Source: Coniocarpon cinnabarinum (taxonomy: Eukaryota). From it: a DNA stretch of 64,000 bases. The notes under the pieces are model-generated. The model searched no databases. It was given only the letters and a program-made list of their open reading frames with translations, and was not told where the DNA came from. Made by a program: the position numbers and the translations under genes. This document shows positions 25,501 through 35,097 of the stretch, in pieces (position 1 is the first letter of the stretch; each line of letters starts with the position of its first letter). The stretch is from contig JAVECO010000079.1 of the NCBI GenBank assembly GCA_051942205.1, forward strand, positions 1 through 64,000. The letters run 5' to 3'.

Positions 25501-26218
25501 CATGACCTTGTTTGTATGCCTCTACGTATGTATCAATGCAGCGATTCATGATACTCATGGTTCGCTCAACGCTAAGTGGACCTGGTGGAGATAGATCATC
25601 AGTGCAAGCTTTGATCATTAATGCATCGGACTGACCTTGGTTGGGCGGTGGCGCATTCGCTGTCGTTTGGCCAGAGCTCTGGGTTGATACAGGTGCGCCA
25701 TCTCGAGGAGAACGACTTCGCGATTGAACCGGCCTGAAGTCGTTTACCATCAAGCAAGTGCTGCATCGGAACTCGTTGACGCCCTTAGGCCACCGCACTC
25801 TTGTGTCACATGTAGCGCAGTTGCCAGCGTCCATGTTGCGATCATCCACCGGACCTTTGCCTGATTTCGTTCTTGATGGACCGCGCTCATGTAGAGAAGT
25901 ATCAGACGTCGATGGGTAGGAACTGGCCTCGATTCCATTTGGACCTGGCCGTCGAGGGCGTGATCCGCCACTTATCTTATCACTACCCGTATGCATGTGT
26001 GGTCGAGGTCTCGGACCACTTGAGATCGCACGTGGAGGTGAGGATGCATAACGATCCTGCAAAGGTGCAGAGGGGCGCCGCGAAGTATTCTGAAGGGACG
26101 GTGGTATGTCAGGGAGGTCGAAGTCGCCATCATACAAGCTATCGGGCGAGTGTGCCCGTCGAGATGAAGGTGCCCCGCCGGCGTTGTTAGGGAGGAGACG
26201 AGATGGCCAACCAGGCAT
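22517..26218 (-). CDS. HUL4: HECT-type E3 ubiquitin ligase (Hul4-like)
   Basis: The C-terminal HECT domain has LKVRRECLVEDSL, EEGIDAGGLRKEWF, LLSFITGSDRMP and catalytic FPIARTCFN. There is an N-terminal CxxC..CxxC zinc ribbon and a probable in-frame intron near 25580-25640. Confidence 0.92.
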   Translation of the reverse strand: MPGWPSRLLPNNAGGAPSSRRAHSPDSLYDGDFDLPDIPPSLQNTSRRPSAPLQDRYASSPPRAISSGPRPRPHMHTGSDKISGGSRPRRPGPNGIEASSYPSTSDTSLHERGPSRTKSGKGPVDDRNMDAGNCATCDTRVRWPKGVNEFRCSTCLMVNDFRPVQSRSRSPRDGAPVSTQSSGQTTANAPPPNQGQSDALMIKACTDDLSPPGPLSVERTMSIMNRCIDTYVEAYKQGHVPRKTTFMKTPPDSPTQFPLSVDKTSPASPGPQAFLDRARDLPTTPPDDSMFPNTFIHDLSNSPDRTPHSRSGRRPSNALDLKNGGTPNMGAIARKPVGGGSQNLPPRPARKPPPIPVMVDGEQRQTTDGDVRDNAPSFEPRSRPLLPPSRIFRPLEDYVIRSYGDQQCLSTSFMTTRARPRVTSNADGGRPRTARSPPKRTPAQTLAPPRDPAIHDSNLSEIDAKTLLLGDVAANGLWWTGMEERAPLGHRRKSDRGHDASKGLVNLKSPHINWFELDNWYDTLIRAGCGWRQRLKDEDLRGLDTEEIDRQLSEGRAHLHQTLLKCTEALLKRPGRPLKEPQDARFLLLLLANPMIHPTKPSAYAGMGPNAFEAGHAYGIIKRILGILANLSNDCHRHLVAWLSRYDEPHFRTIVEVLERFVTHRLKLSHGRKKSNIINPTAGLIPNLSGTSADTSATLHAALGFGGPSKGASDKSTQNAPYTEDWQVRAAARFMSLLFSANKNFVGERMASTLAEDARMSRPGSISRTHIKIRGQLLSTSDFYNTMVDTMDLIADFDTWESSKTKFSFCQYPFFLSVGAKIRIMEHDAKRQMESRAREAFFDSLLKNKALEQHLILKVRRECLVEDSLTSISEVVGTGQEDIKKSLKVQFANEEGIDAGGLRKEWFMLLAREIFDPNYGLFLYDEESRFCWFNPQSFESSDRFFLVGALLGLAIYHTTIIDVPLPPFTFKKLLASSPPPSKGSSKPFIHRPPLHYTLDDLAELRPSLAKGLKQLLEFDGDVESTFCLDFVAEVASYGTVTEVPLCDNGRARPVTNANRAEFVDTYIRFLLDGQISRQFEPFKRGFFTVCGGNALALFQPEEIELLVRGSDEGLDVGTLRATASYQNWKIRDRPVKNPDGEVPLISWFWELLEEAGPRDQRNLLSFITGSDRMPAVGANALVITLTCAGAERERFPIARTCFNVLMLYQYRSKRELSERLWKAVGMSEGFGLR

Positions 26219-26871
26219 TTAGTGCGCAGATATGTGCATCCAGACGATGGACAGGCTTGAGTGAGGCCTCAGTAATGCGGCGTGCATGTGAACGAGTGTC
26301 GGGAGTGGTGATGAATACAGAATAAAGAAGTTGCGTGTCGAACTGAGTCCAAAGATGCACTTGCTAGCCAAAGAATGGGGAAAGATGAAATGTGTCTCTA
26401 GTAAGCTATTCACAAAGGCCCAGTAACAGCGGGATAGGCTGTCAGAGGGTTCTCAGAGCGTAAACGGGACAGAGAAGCCGCGGACGAGTCGACTCAGGAA
26501 AGTCTCTCAGGATTCACGACGCAGCAAATGAAGGACTGGAATACGAGACCGAAAGCAACTGCTGCGTTTGACTACCTAGCGAACTATATAAAGTTTCCTT
26601 GAAGGATGGCCGATCCCTCGGGCTGTCAAGAGATCCATAGCCCTACCGTAAGGCTGGCCGAGAAGCGACGGGAGGGCTGGATCTGGTACCCTAAATCGGC
26701 ACCTACCCTTTCTACACCGTGCCACGAAGTCTCCAGGTAGACCCGTCACCAGCGACAAAGCCGTCATACTTCAACTTCCTGCCTCCTATTCCAGAATAGT
26801 GAGGTCAGGAAACCCGCATGTTTACAGCCTTGTCAATACATCGCAAGCATGCAAGCACGCAATTAGCGATG

Positions 26872-28460
26872 TCACATTCGAATGTCCGCAAGCTTGCTGA
26901 GGACAGTTTCCGTATCCTCAATGGAGCCATCCAGGCATCCGATGACGATCTTGGTATAAAGGTCTCCCATACTTGATGCCAGACGAGTGCGTGCTACCCT
27001 TTGAAACCACATTCTTCTCTCATCCGGAGTTCTCCTCGGACCGACATCTGCTTCTCGTCGCTCGTGTGCTCTCCACACGCCGAGCTCGAGCAAGACTACG
27101 CCCAGGCTATAAATGTCGTGAGAGACTCTGAATGGGGTTCGCGATATTTCGTCGCTGTTATCGGCCTGCCTAAGTCGATCTGGGTGCTCATACAGGCCAT
27201 TTCTCCAGTCGAAGGTGTCAATGCCGGTAGAGATAGCCTCTTGACGGCGCGCAAGGGAGAAGCCCGTGAGGAACGCATTCCCTAGATCCTCAGGGTTTAA
27301 ATCTATATTTGAGTGGATGTTCTGGCTTTGCTGACTGGCTTCTTCGGACCCGTCCAAATGAAAGAGCAAAATGTTAGAACTTCGCACTGCTTTGTGGACC
27401 CATCGTGTAGAGTGTACGTATGATAGGGCGATGACAATATGCTGCGCTATTTTGATGCGTTGTGATAGAGACTGTATACAAGCAGATAAGCCGAACAGTC
27501 TCGCACATGTCAGACTAGGTCTTTCAATTCAAAACGTGAGAAACTTACGTGCTTTGGGATGCTCATTATTGTGGACGTCTTCGATCTATCCCCGCGTATC
27601 AATTCTATCAGAGATACGAAGTTCGGTCGAGCTGGTGGAATCTCATAGATGATACCAAGTCGAACGCCACCCCCCGATACTTGATCCTCGAGCACTCCTC
27701 TAGCTCGCTGCAGATGCATCAGCTTAGGGTGCACGTATCCCAACATTTGATACAGCTTAAAGGCTTCCAATCGAACAGAGTCAGAATACTGAGAATCAGC
27801 CTGTCGCCAGGAAGGTACGTGAATGGCGTCTATCAAGACTGGTTGGACGCCATCGAGATATGCTAACGTTCTTTCGGCCTCCCCTTCAGATCTGATATCT
27901 TTAATTCTAACTCTCGATATGGTTTCAAAAGTAGAGGAGTTGGGCAACGCTGCCCTGCCAAACTGCTCGACCAGGCGCTGCATATTCGATTGACCCTCAA
28001 TCGCTTGTTGAAGATCTCCGGCAACACCACCTCTGTTTGACGGCGAAACAACAATTCCTTCTTTTAGCTGATTGAGAAGCAATGTAGCAATCACTGCGAA
28101 CCTTTGAAGCCATTCGAAGAGGTCGCGCTCCGTTTCTTTGATGGTTTCGCTTAGCATGATCCACCCCAACTTACCTTTTGCTGACTGGAACTTCAAAATA
28201 TTGCCTTTAGCAAGGCGCAGAGATTCTTCAAGGCTCCTGAAGGAACTAGAGAGCTCAATGCCTCGGTCTTGGGACAGCAAGCCCTGGTATCGTTCGAAAA
28301 CATTGCGAAGATACGATAAGAGGATGTCACTGGCTTCAAGCCGGCGTGCTGTTCTGTTGATTTCTTCTGGGAGACCGGCAATTTGCAATATCAGTTTTGT
28401 CGCACTACTCAGTAGTTGTTGGCATGCCGCGGCGGTGTTGATGATTTCCGAGGCTGACAT
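26872..28460 (-). CDS. MLKL-like protein: N-terminal HeLo-like (HELL/SesA-type) helical domain plus C-terminal pseudokinase, 503 aa (exons 28460-27549, 27471-26872)
   Basis: The intron at 27472-27548 (GTAAGT..TACAG) joins PKH|SLSQRIKIAQHIVIALSYVHSTRWVHKAVRSSNILLF. This is followed by LTGFSLAR, LYEHPDR and HDIYSLGVVLLELGVW. The N-terminus MSASEIINTAAACQQLL..IAGLPEEI..KLGW fits the HeLo-like helical-bundle pattern. Confidence 0.8.
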
Positions 28461-28679
28461 ATCGAATGGGAGGATCAAACTTCGCTATGGACTTTATCTA
28501 AAGTAGAAAGAGCTGATCTATCTATTGACTTGAATTTTCGTCGTCCGTATATTTGGTATGTCAACTTGCAGAGAGGCCAGCGCGCAACGATGTGTATACT
28601 AATATCCACAGTGTGGGTTGGAATCTGTGGCAGTTGAATCGAACAGAAATGGCAGAGCTAATTTGAGTGCGGACGACGT

Positions 28680-28709
28680 TGCCTGACAGCTGCCTGACAG
28701 CTGCCTGAC
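28680..28709 (+). repeat. Tandem 11-mer (TGCCTGACAGC)x2.7 in the divergent promoter of the pseudokinase/kinase pair
   Basis: Seen directly. Confidence 0.85.
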
Positions 28710-29318
28710 CCACATTTCGGTACATTGTGGATTCGTGCCTCGTCTGCTTACCAAGATGTTGCTTCGTTTCGGGCTTTGCATCTCTCTTTGCCGATCGAAT
28801 CCATTGGGACGCGCGTCGGCTGGAATGTCGAGGCGACTGCGACCAATCGGAAGACTCGATTCGTTTCTATGGTGCCTCGTTGCCTCGCTGCCTTGCTGCC
28901 TTGCGTTTGTGGCCCATCGACGAAGGATGGGCGCAATTAGACGTATGTCAAAGTCTTCTCTATATTTCGTTAGGAAGCTGATCGTCTCTGCCAGCTTTAA
29001 AAATTGTGGCTTTGGCAGAAAAGGCATACCTATCCGGAGGGGCAAGCCAAGGTGAGCGCTGCATCTCTGTCATGTGCCTCGGACTCTTTCGATCACTCGC
29101 CTTCGCGAATGGGCGAGCCGTGGACGTCTGCCCGTGTAGCATCTAATGACTTGCTACAGAGATACGGAACTCGACGATTGTGACCAGCATTGAGCATCAA
29201 CGAAACTTTATTGATCAACGCCCGGCTTTCACCAGCGGTGATAGAATCACGATACTGCCTGCCTTAAATATTCATGATTGCGAGCGCCTGACTGCAGGGG
29301 TCCTGGGATACCGACACA

Positions 29319-32036
29319 ATGTATTCAGAGAGCCTTTCAACTCAGATACGAAGAGACCTATCAACGGTGTCATTGGACACAAAGAAGCGCCAGAAGCAGT
29401 CTTTGGAACGTAGTGCAGCAATTTTTAAGAGACAGGTACCAACTACTTATCATGCCCTCTACAGTGCTCTTGCTGCAGGGAACATTCGCCTCATCACTCG
29501 AGAGCACATTGTTAAAGGCAAGCAGCTTGGCAGTGGAGCCACAATGACAGTTTACAAAGGCGAATGGGATCATTGCCCAGTGGCATTGAAGTAAGTTCCA
29601 GGGTTTACATTATGCACATTGGCGCACGCATCTGATCGTGTCTCAACGTGATCAGATACCTCAACGTGGAGCTTTCAATGGAGCATCAACCACAGTCAGG
29701 CGCAGCATTCCATAGTATGATGGCCGGAGCAATGCTTGAGGTCAGGGTACTAAGCCATGAGCTTTTACGGTACAACCAAGCAATTGTTCGTCTTCTCGCT
29801 GTCACTTTTGAAAACATCGAGAAGGATGGGGCCGTGATAGGTGTAAGACCTATTCTAGTCGTGGAGCTAGCCGATTTGATAGACGAGAAGCCACTGACTT
29901 TAGGAAGACTGGTCAAAAGCCACAGCCTTGAGATGACTGAAAAAGTAACGCTAGCTCAAGATATTGCCCTCGGTCTGTCAGCTTTACACGATATTGGAAT
30001 TGTGCATTCAGATTTAAAGCCTGACAACATTCTTCTTTTCCGTGACGCAGCCACAGGGAAATTACGAGCCAAACTCTCAGATTTTGGATTTTGTTGGATA
30101 TATGATGATGAGAACCCGCATCCAGGATTAACACCATACTGGGCCGCCCCGGAGCAGCTTCAATGCCCACCCAAAGAAAGCGAGGCTCAGAATCGCTCTA
30201 CAAGGACAAGTAGAGACAACTACTCGTTTGCCCTTTTGCTTTGGTATCTACTCATCGAAGAGCGACCACTAGACGAACTCGATTATGAAATTCGCCAAGC
30301 TAAGTTTGAAGACAGGCTGCAAGACTTGTTCGACCTAAGCTTTGGGGAATACTTTCAGGTTCGACTCAGCGGCGACGAAGTCCGCAGGGTCTTACCTTCC
30401 TTTTCGGAAGCAATGCAAATGTCCATGAGGCAATGGGACGTCAGGCTCTCCAAACGGAAGCAACCTGTCGAATTTTTAAGGTTTGCTGAGGAGGTCTGCT
30501 GGAGGAAGCGGACCCAATCGTGGTCTCCAATGCTGTCTCCTCATCACCACGTATTTCGTTACTTTATCAAGTTCAACCTAGCTTTGGACCCTAATTTGCG
30601 TATCTTCGAGCCGCAGACTCTCCTTAATATGCTTCAGAGCATGTAAGTAATCTCGGCGTTTTGAATTTTCTTTTCCTCTTCTAAAGCTTCAGAAATTCAG
30701 GAGACTACAAGAGGCTATGGCGCAGCAGTATCTCACACCAATGTCATGGGAGTCGGTGTCAGATTATATGAAAGATCTCAGGGGCTTTGTTGCCCTGCGA
30801 GATGCGCGCTGCGAAGACTTCAAGCTTTATGAAAAACTCTTGCAAGAGTCACCCATGTAAGTCTTACCCCAAAATCAAGCTAATATAGAATCTAACGATA
30901 GTGGAAGCGATGTCCCAGTCATACAGTCGCTTGCTGATATTGCTAGTCGCAAAACTACACGAACTCGGCAACATCCATTACAACAATCAGGCAATCCGGT
31001 CTGTTGTCCTTGCTTCACATACTTTTTCATGATGCTAAGATGGTTGCAGTTTTCAAACCAGTTTATACGCAATGTCCCTGTCATAGAAAAAAAGCACCAA
31101 TTTAGGCTTCAGCGATCCCTTGCACTTGATCCAAACTGTGAAGACCGCGCGCAATGCATGTATGTCGTTGCCGAGTGTTACATGCAAGCCTGGGGCATCG
31201 AGAAGAGCTATCCTAAAGCGATGCATTGGTTTGAGCAAGCCGCTCGGCTTGGACATCGCTCTTCTATTATTGAGTTGACGATTAAAAGCCACCGTACACG
31301 GTCTTGGCCTACGTCCGTTGATTGGGAGCAAAAAGTGGAGTGGATCATCCGGACGCTCTTATGGGAAGCTCCTTTCAACGTTCACGAAGATGCCTGGCAG
31401 CGAATCCGTCGTGTTGTTGACGCGAACACCTTTCTTTGCTTGGAAGCCGCATTAAGCACTCTCCTGGAGAACCGCGCTAGGGTCAATTCGACTGTCAACG
31501 GGGTATATGGATACAATTCCTTCAAAGGCCAAGCTTGGAAAGATATTTTGAACGCGGTACAGGACGACGATGTGGACATGCTGCAGCAGACTCTTGATCA
31601 GCACCCTCACTTTTTGAAACACAATCCTTCCAATCCTCAAGCCACACTGTTAAATTTCGCTGCTGCGAAGGGATGTCCTGGCATTGTGGAAATCCTTATT
31701 GATCAGTACGACATGCCGCTCAATTCCCTTGATGAATTTGGCATGACACCAATTGTGTGCGCTATTAACGCGTTACGTTCCGACACGTTCCAAGTACTTG
31801 ATAATAAAATTGATGGAAGTACAACAAAAGAGCAGTCTAGCCTAGCACACGAAATGTTATTAAAGTGCACCATTTGCTCACAAGGTGCTATGATGAATGC
31901 TTGTGAGGCAGTGGGCCCCCACGATGTTACTACCAACCTTGCTAAATACCGCGTCTGGGAGCCCTGCCTCTATATTCTTCCCTGTCTTTTGCCAACAGTA
32001 GCACCAGTCGAAAGACTTCGTCGTCGAGGAAGCTAA
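29319..32036 (+). CDS. Protein kinase (non-RD) with a SEL1-like repeat and ankyrin repeats, ~830-850 aa; start codon uncertain
   Basis: Introns at 29591-29655, 30643-30700 and 30857-30901 (optionally an in-frame one at 30999-31049) give one continuous frame. Kinase motifs are LGSGATMTVYKG, VALK, MLE, VHSDLKPDNILL, SDFG, WAAPE and DNYSFALLLW. The SEL1-like segment is AQCMYVVAECYMQAWGIEKSYPKAMHWFEQAARLGH. The ankyrin-like segments are TLLNFAAAKGCPGIVEILID and DEFGMTPIVCAINA. Confidence 0.85.
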
Positions 32037-32109
32037 GTGATGTGCGTGTAACCGTCACCTGTATGAAGTGGTCCATCTTAGAAGCAAGGAACTGCGATGA
32101 GACAACGAT

Positions 32110-32420
32110 TACAGTCAAACCTCGCTACAACGACCACTTTGGTAAACGACCCCTCCATACAACCACATCGACGGAGGGCCTCAATTATTTGATATGGGGA
32201 CGTAACGACTCTCTGGGTATTGATACCGTCGTTATTTTCTGTGACCCTCTCCTACTAAGTACGGGCCAACGTCGTAGTATCTAAGGGTAGGTTTGTAGGA
32301 CTGACTGTGAGATTTATTAGACTTTGGTAGCTGTGCCGCTTACTCTACCGAATCTTAGAGGGTATTTATAGTCACCCGATCTCTACAACAACCCGTCTTC
32401 ATAACGACACCTCTAAGCAG
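32110..32420. mobile_element. Degenerate pogo/Tc1-mariner-like TIR remnants (possible ~200-bp MITE plus a second end), probably RIP-mutated
   Basis: TA|CAGTCAAACCTCGCTACAACGAC at 32110. A partial inverted copy, GTCGTAGTA...TGACTG, ends at ~32307. A second end-like TA|TAGTCA..CTACAACAAC..ATAACGAC lies at ~32367. TpA/CTA appear over-represented locally. Confidence 0.45.
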
Positions 32421-33229
32421 GAAAAAAATAGCTAAGCAGGAAAGAACCGGTAATTATAGCCAATTTTTACCGTCATACCGTGTCATGATGCCTGAGTCTA
32501 ATTTCTTCCCACTGACGGTGTGGTGGATCCGCAAAAAGGAGTCCTCAAAGTGGTGACAAACCACCAAGGCAATTGTGGCGGGGTTTGAAGGAGCAAATTG
32601 CCTGAAGAGGAGGGGGCGGATATGGAGGGGCTGGGTTTCCCTAGTAAAGGTAAGAAAAATTGTGGCACCCGTACGATAGAAGCTAGGTACTTATGCGCGC
32701 AATCCCATGTATACAAGGGAACCTTGCATTCTTTGTCCTAACGGGGACCCACATCGTATGTGTACTACAGAGGCCGAGAGCGATTCAAGGGCTCTCTAAA
32801 GCGCCTTAGATTGCTACAGCAGCTCGCTACAATGCTGCGATCGACTAGCACGCATCCCGATCACGGCATGACTGTTCGCACTCGAAAGATTTCCAGACAT
32901 CGTCTAAGAGTCGGCAAGAACGTCGACTAGATGGTAGACGAATGAGATATTGGGAAAGAAAGCTTGGAATAGTCAGCGTCGCCGCAGGCAGCCAGCGCGC
33001 TCAATAAGGCGCAACAAAGTGTTGGCAAATCCGTCCCTCTTCAGACGGAACGAGAAATTCATGTTTGTTCAAGAGGTCTGCAGGTGGAACAAGCCGCCAC
33101 ACGCTTCATTTAGATATCTGTGCTAGGTCCTAGGTAGTATGCATAGGTACCGTACTACGTACAGCAAATGCACAGCACTTCAGAACCAAGCTCTGCAGAT
33201 TTTCAACGCGCTCACGACAAAGACGGCGA

Positions 33230-34041
33230 CTATCTGTATCTCCAAAGAGATAGCGTGTTGTGGCGCTTCCAAACCTTTCTTCGACCGCTCTTCGTGTTGT
33301 TGAATCTGTGGCCCTTGTTCTGACCTCGGGACTTCTTGCCAGTGGCGGTGAGGCCTCGCGACTCACGATGCTAGGTGGATGTCAGCACATAGTTAAGTCT
33401 CGATATGCCTCATCACAATGATTACCTTATGCACGGGTTTGACGATCCAGTTGATTCTTGGATCGCGGCGAATCGCCTTGTGTTGTGCGTCGACAAGAAT
33501 AATCTCGTAGTATTTGTAGGTTGAATCCTGGTTAATCCAGTACGAGTTGAGCACACGCAGATTGGCGCAGCGGCGACCAACACGCTCTTCCGCAGTGGAT
33601 TTGAGCGAGCGCTGGTATTTCAGCGAGTTGATACCCATATTGGTGGGCTTGCCTGCATCGAGTGACGATTAGCAGCTGTTGCCCAACTCCTCCTCAATCA
33701 GGGTGAATGTAGAAGTTCAACTGACCATAAGTCGCGCCTTTGGGTGCTGGCCGCTTGCGTCCTCCACGACGCACACGCACGCGGTAGATGACGAAGCCTT
33801 GTTTGGCTTTGTAGCCGAGGCGACGAGCTTTGTCGGGACGAGATGGACGGGAGGCTCGGTGGATGACATTCAATTGTCGATACTGTTGAGTACCCTCAGC
33901 ATGGTTCACAGGGTATCGTCAACTTGAGGAGGGAGCGGGCGGGGCTCAATATACCTCCCAGCAGCGGACGCGGCTCAGAAAGCGCGCAACGTCAGACTGC
34001 TTCTTTTTCGCGAGTTCTTCGACATATTTGTAGGCGCCCAT
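33230..34041 (-). CDS. RPL15: 60S ribosomal protein L15 (eL15), 4 coding exons
   Basis: [89 protein letters not shown]. Confidence 0.98.
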
Positions 34042-34306
34042 CTGTTTGGAAGTCTCTGTCAGTAAAGCACTGCTCACGGAGGGTTTCCCTAAGCTCGATA
34101 GCAGCAAATTCAGGTGTCTGTAGAACTAATGGACAAGGTCTGGATGCCACTAAATCGATCAATTTTCGACTTACTTTTGCAGCGCGCTATCTTCGTCGAG
34201 AACAGCAAACGCCGGTTGATGCGTGGTGGTAATGAAGTCTCGATCGCGGAGCTCCAAATGTTTGACCGAGTGGTGCAATGCACTCAGTGGGTGTCTTACC
34301 TAAGCA

Positions 34307-34349
34307 TAGGGCTGAAATTTACATTGCGATTGGACACCCATTCACGTGA
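34307..34349. promoter_or_regulatory. Putative ribosomal-protein promoter elements: TAGGGCT (Tbf1-like) and TCACGTGA (Cbf1-like E-box)
   Basis: The motifs are at 34307-34313 and 34342-34349, ~270-310 bp upstream of the RPL15 ATG. Tbf1+Cbf1 control of RP genes is established in Candida. Confidence 0.45.
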
Positions 34350-35097
34350 CATGGTAGCTATTGCCTGTCCAACACCTCGAGCGCGCGTCAGTGTGCTTCC
34401 CCTGCTCACACATTCGTATCGCATCTGATCATCATTACGCTGTGCTCAAAGAACCAGCAGCTGTGGTGTTAGTTTGGTCACGCGCCACCGAACAATCAGT
34501 AGGAGCAAGCTCAGTTTGTGAGCGCCACGAATCCTGACCGCCACTCACGCTTCAGCCGCCGCAGCCGAGATGCCGCCCGCTGCACCAAGCTACCTATTCA
34601 GCTATTCACAACAGGGCATGACCAAGTAGCTGAGTGTTTCGCCATCTTCGTTTCGCCTCTGATCCCCTGCGCACCGGCCGCGGAATCCTTGGACAGACAG
34701 TCGACAACCTTGGAACACTGGCGCTGGGATCAAGGAGCCGAGTCCATGCGCGCTGAATGGGAACAATGGGGACGCAAAGCGCCGTCAATAGCTGTGGGCT
34801 TCGGCCCGGGATGCTGGCAAAGACAATACGGCCCTTTTCAATAGGGAGCACCATGCCGTCGCCTGCCACCACCATCTGTCTGCTCGATGCTATTCAGAAC
34901 TGAGTTTGTATGGTGGAATACTTTCTCCTTTTTTCTTATTGTTCTGGATTCCTATTCAAATGGTCGCAAATAAGTAGTCGCCGCATCCCCCGTATACTTC
35001 CTCTTTCTAGCAACTCTTCCAAACCTAACGCTTCTGCTGCAAAGATATCAATACCTAGTACGCATTCTTATCTTCCATTTCATCTCCCAATACTGTC

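Noticed and set aside
31470..31530. N/G-rich segment RVNSTVNGVYGYNSFKG in the kinase as a possible amyloid signalling motif
   Set aside because: It is too short and internal, and no matching motif is visible in the partner pseudokinase.
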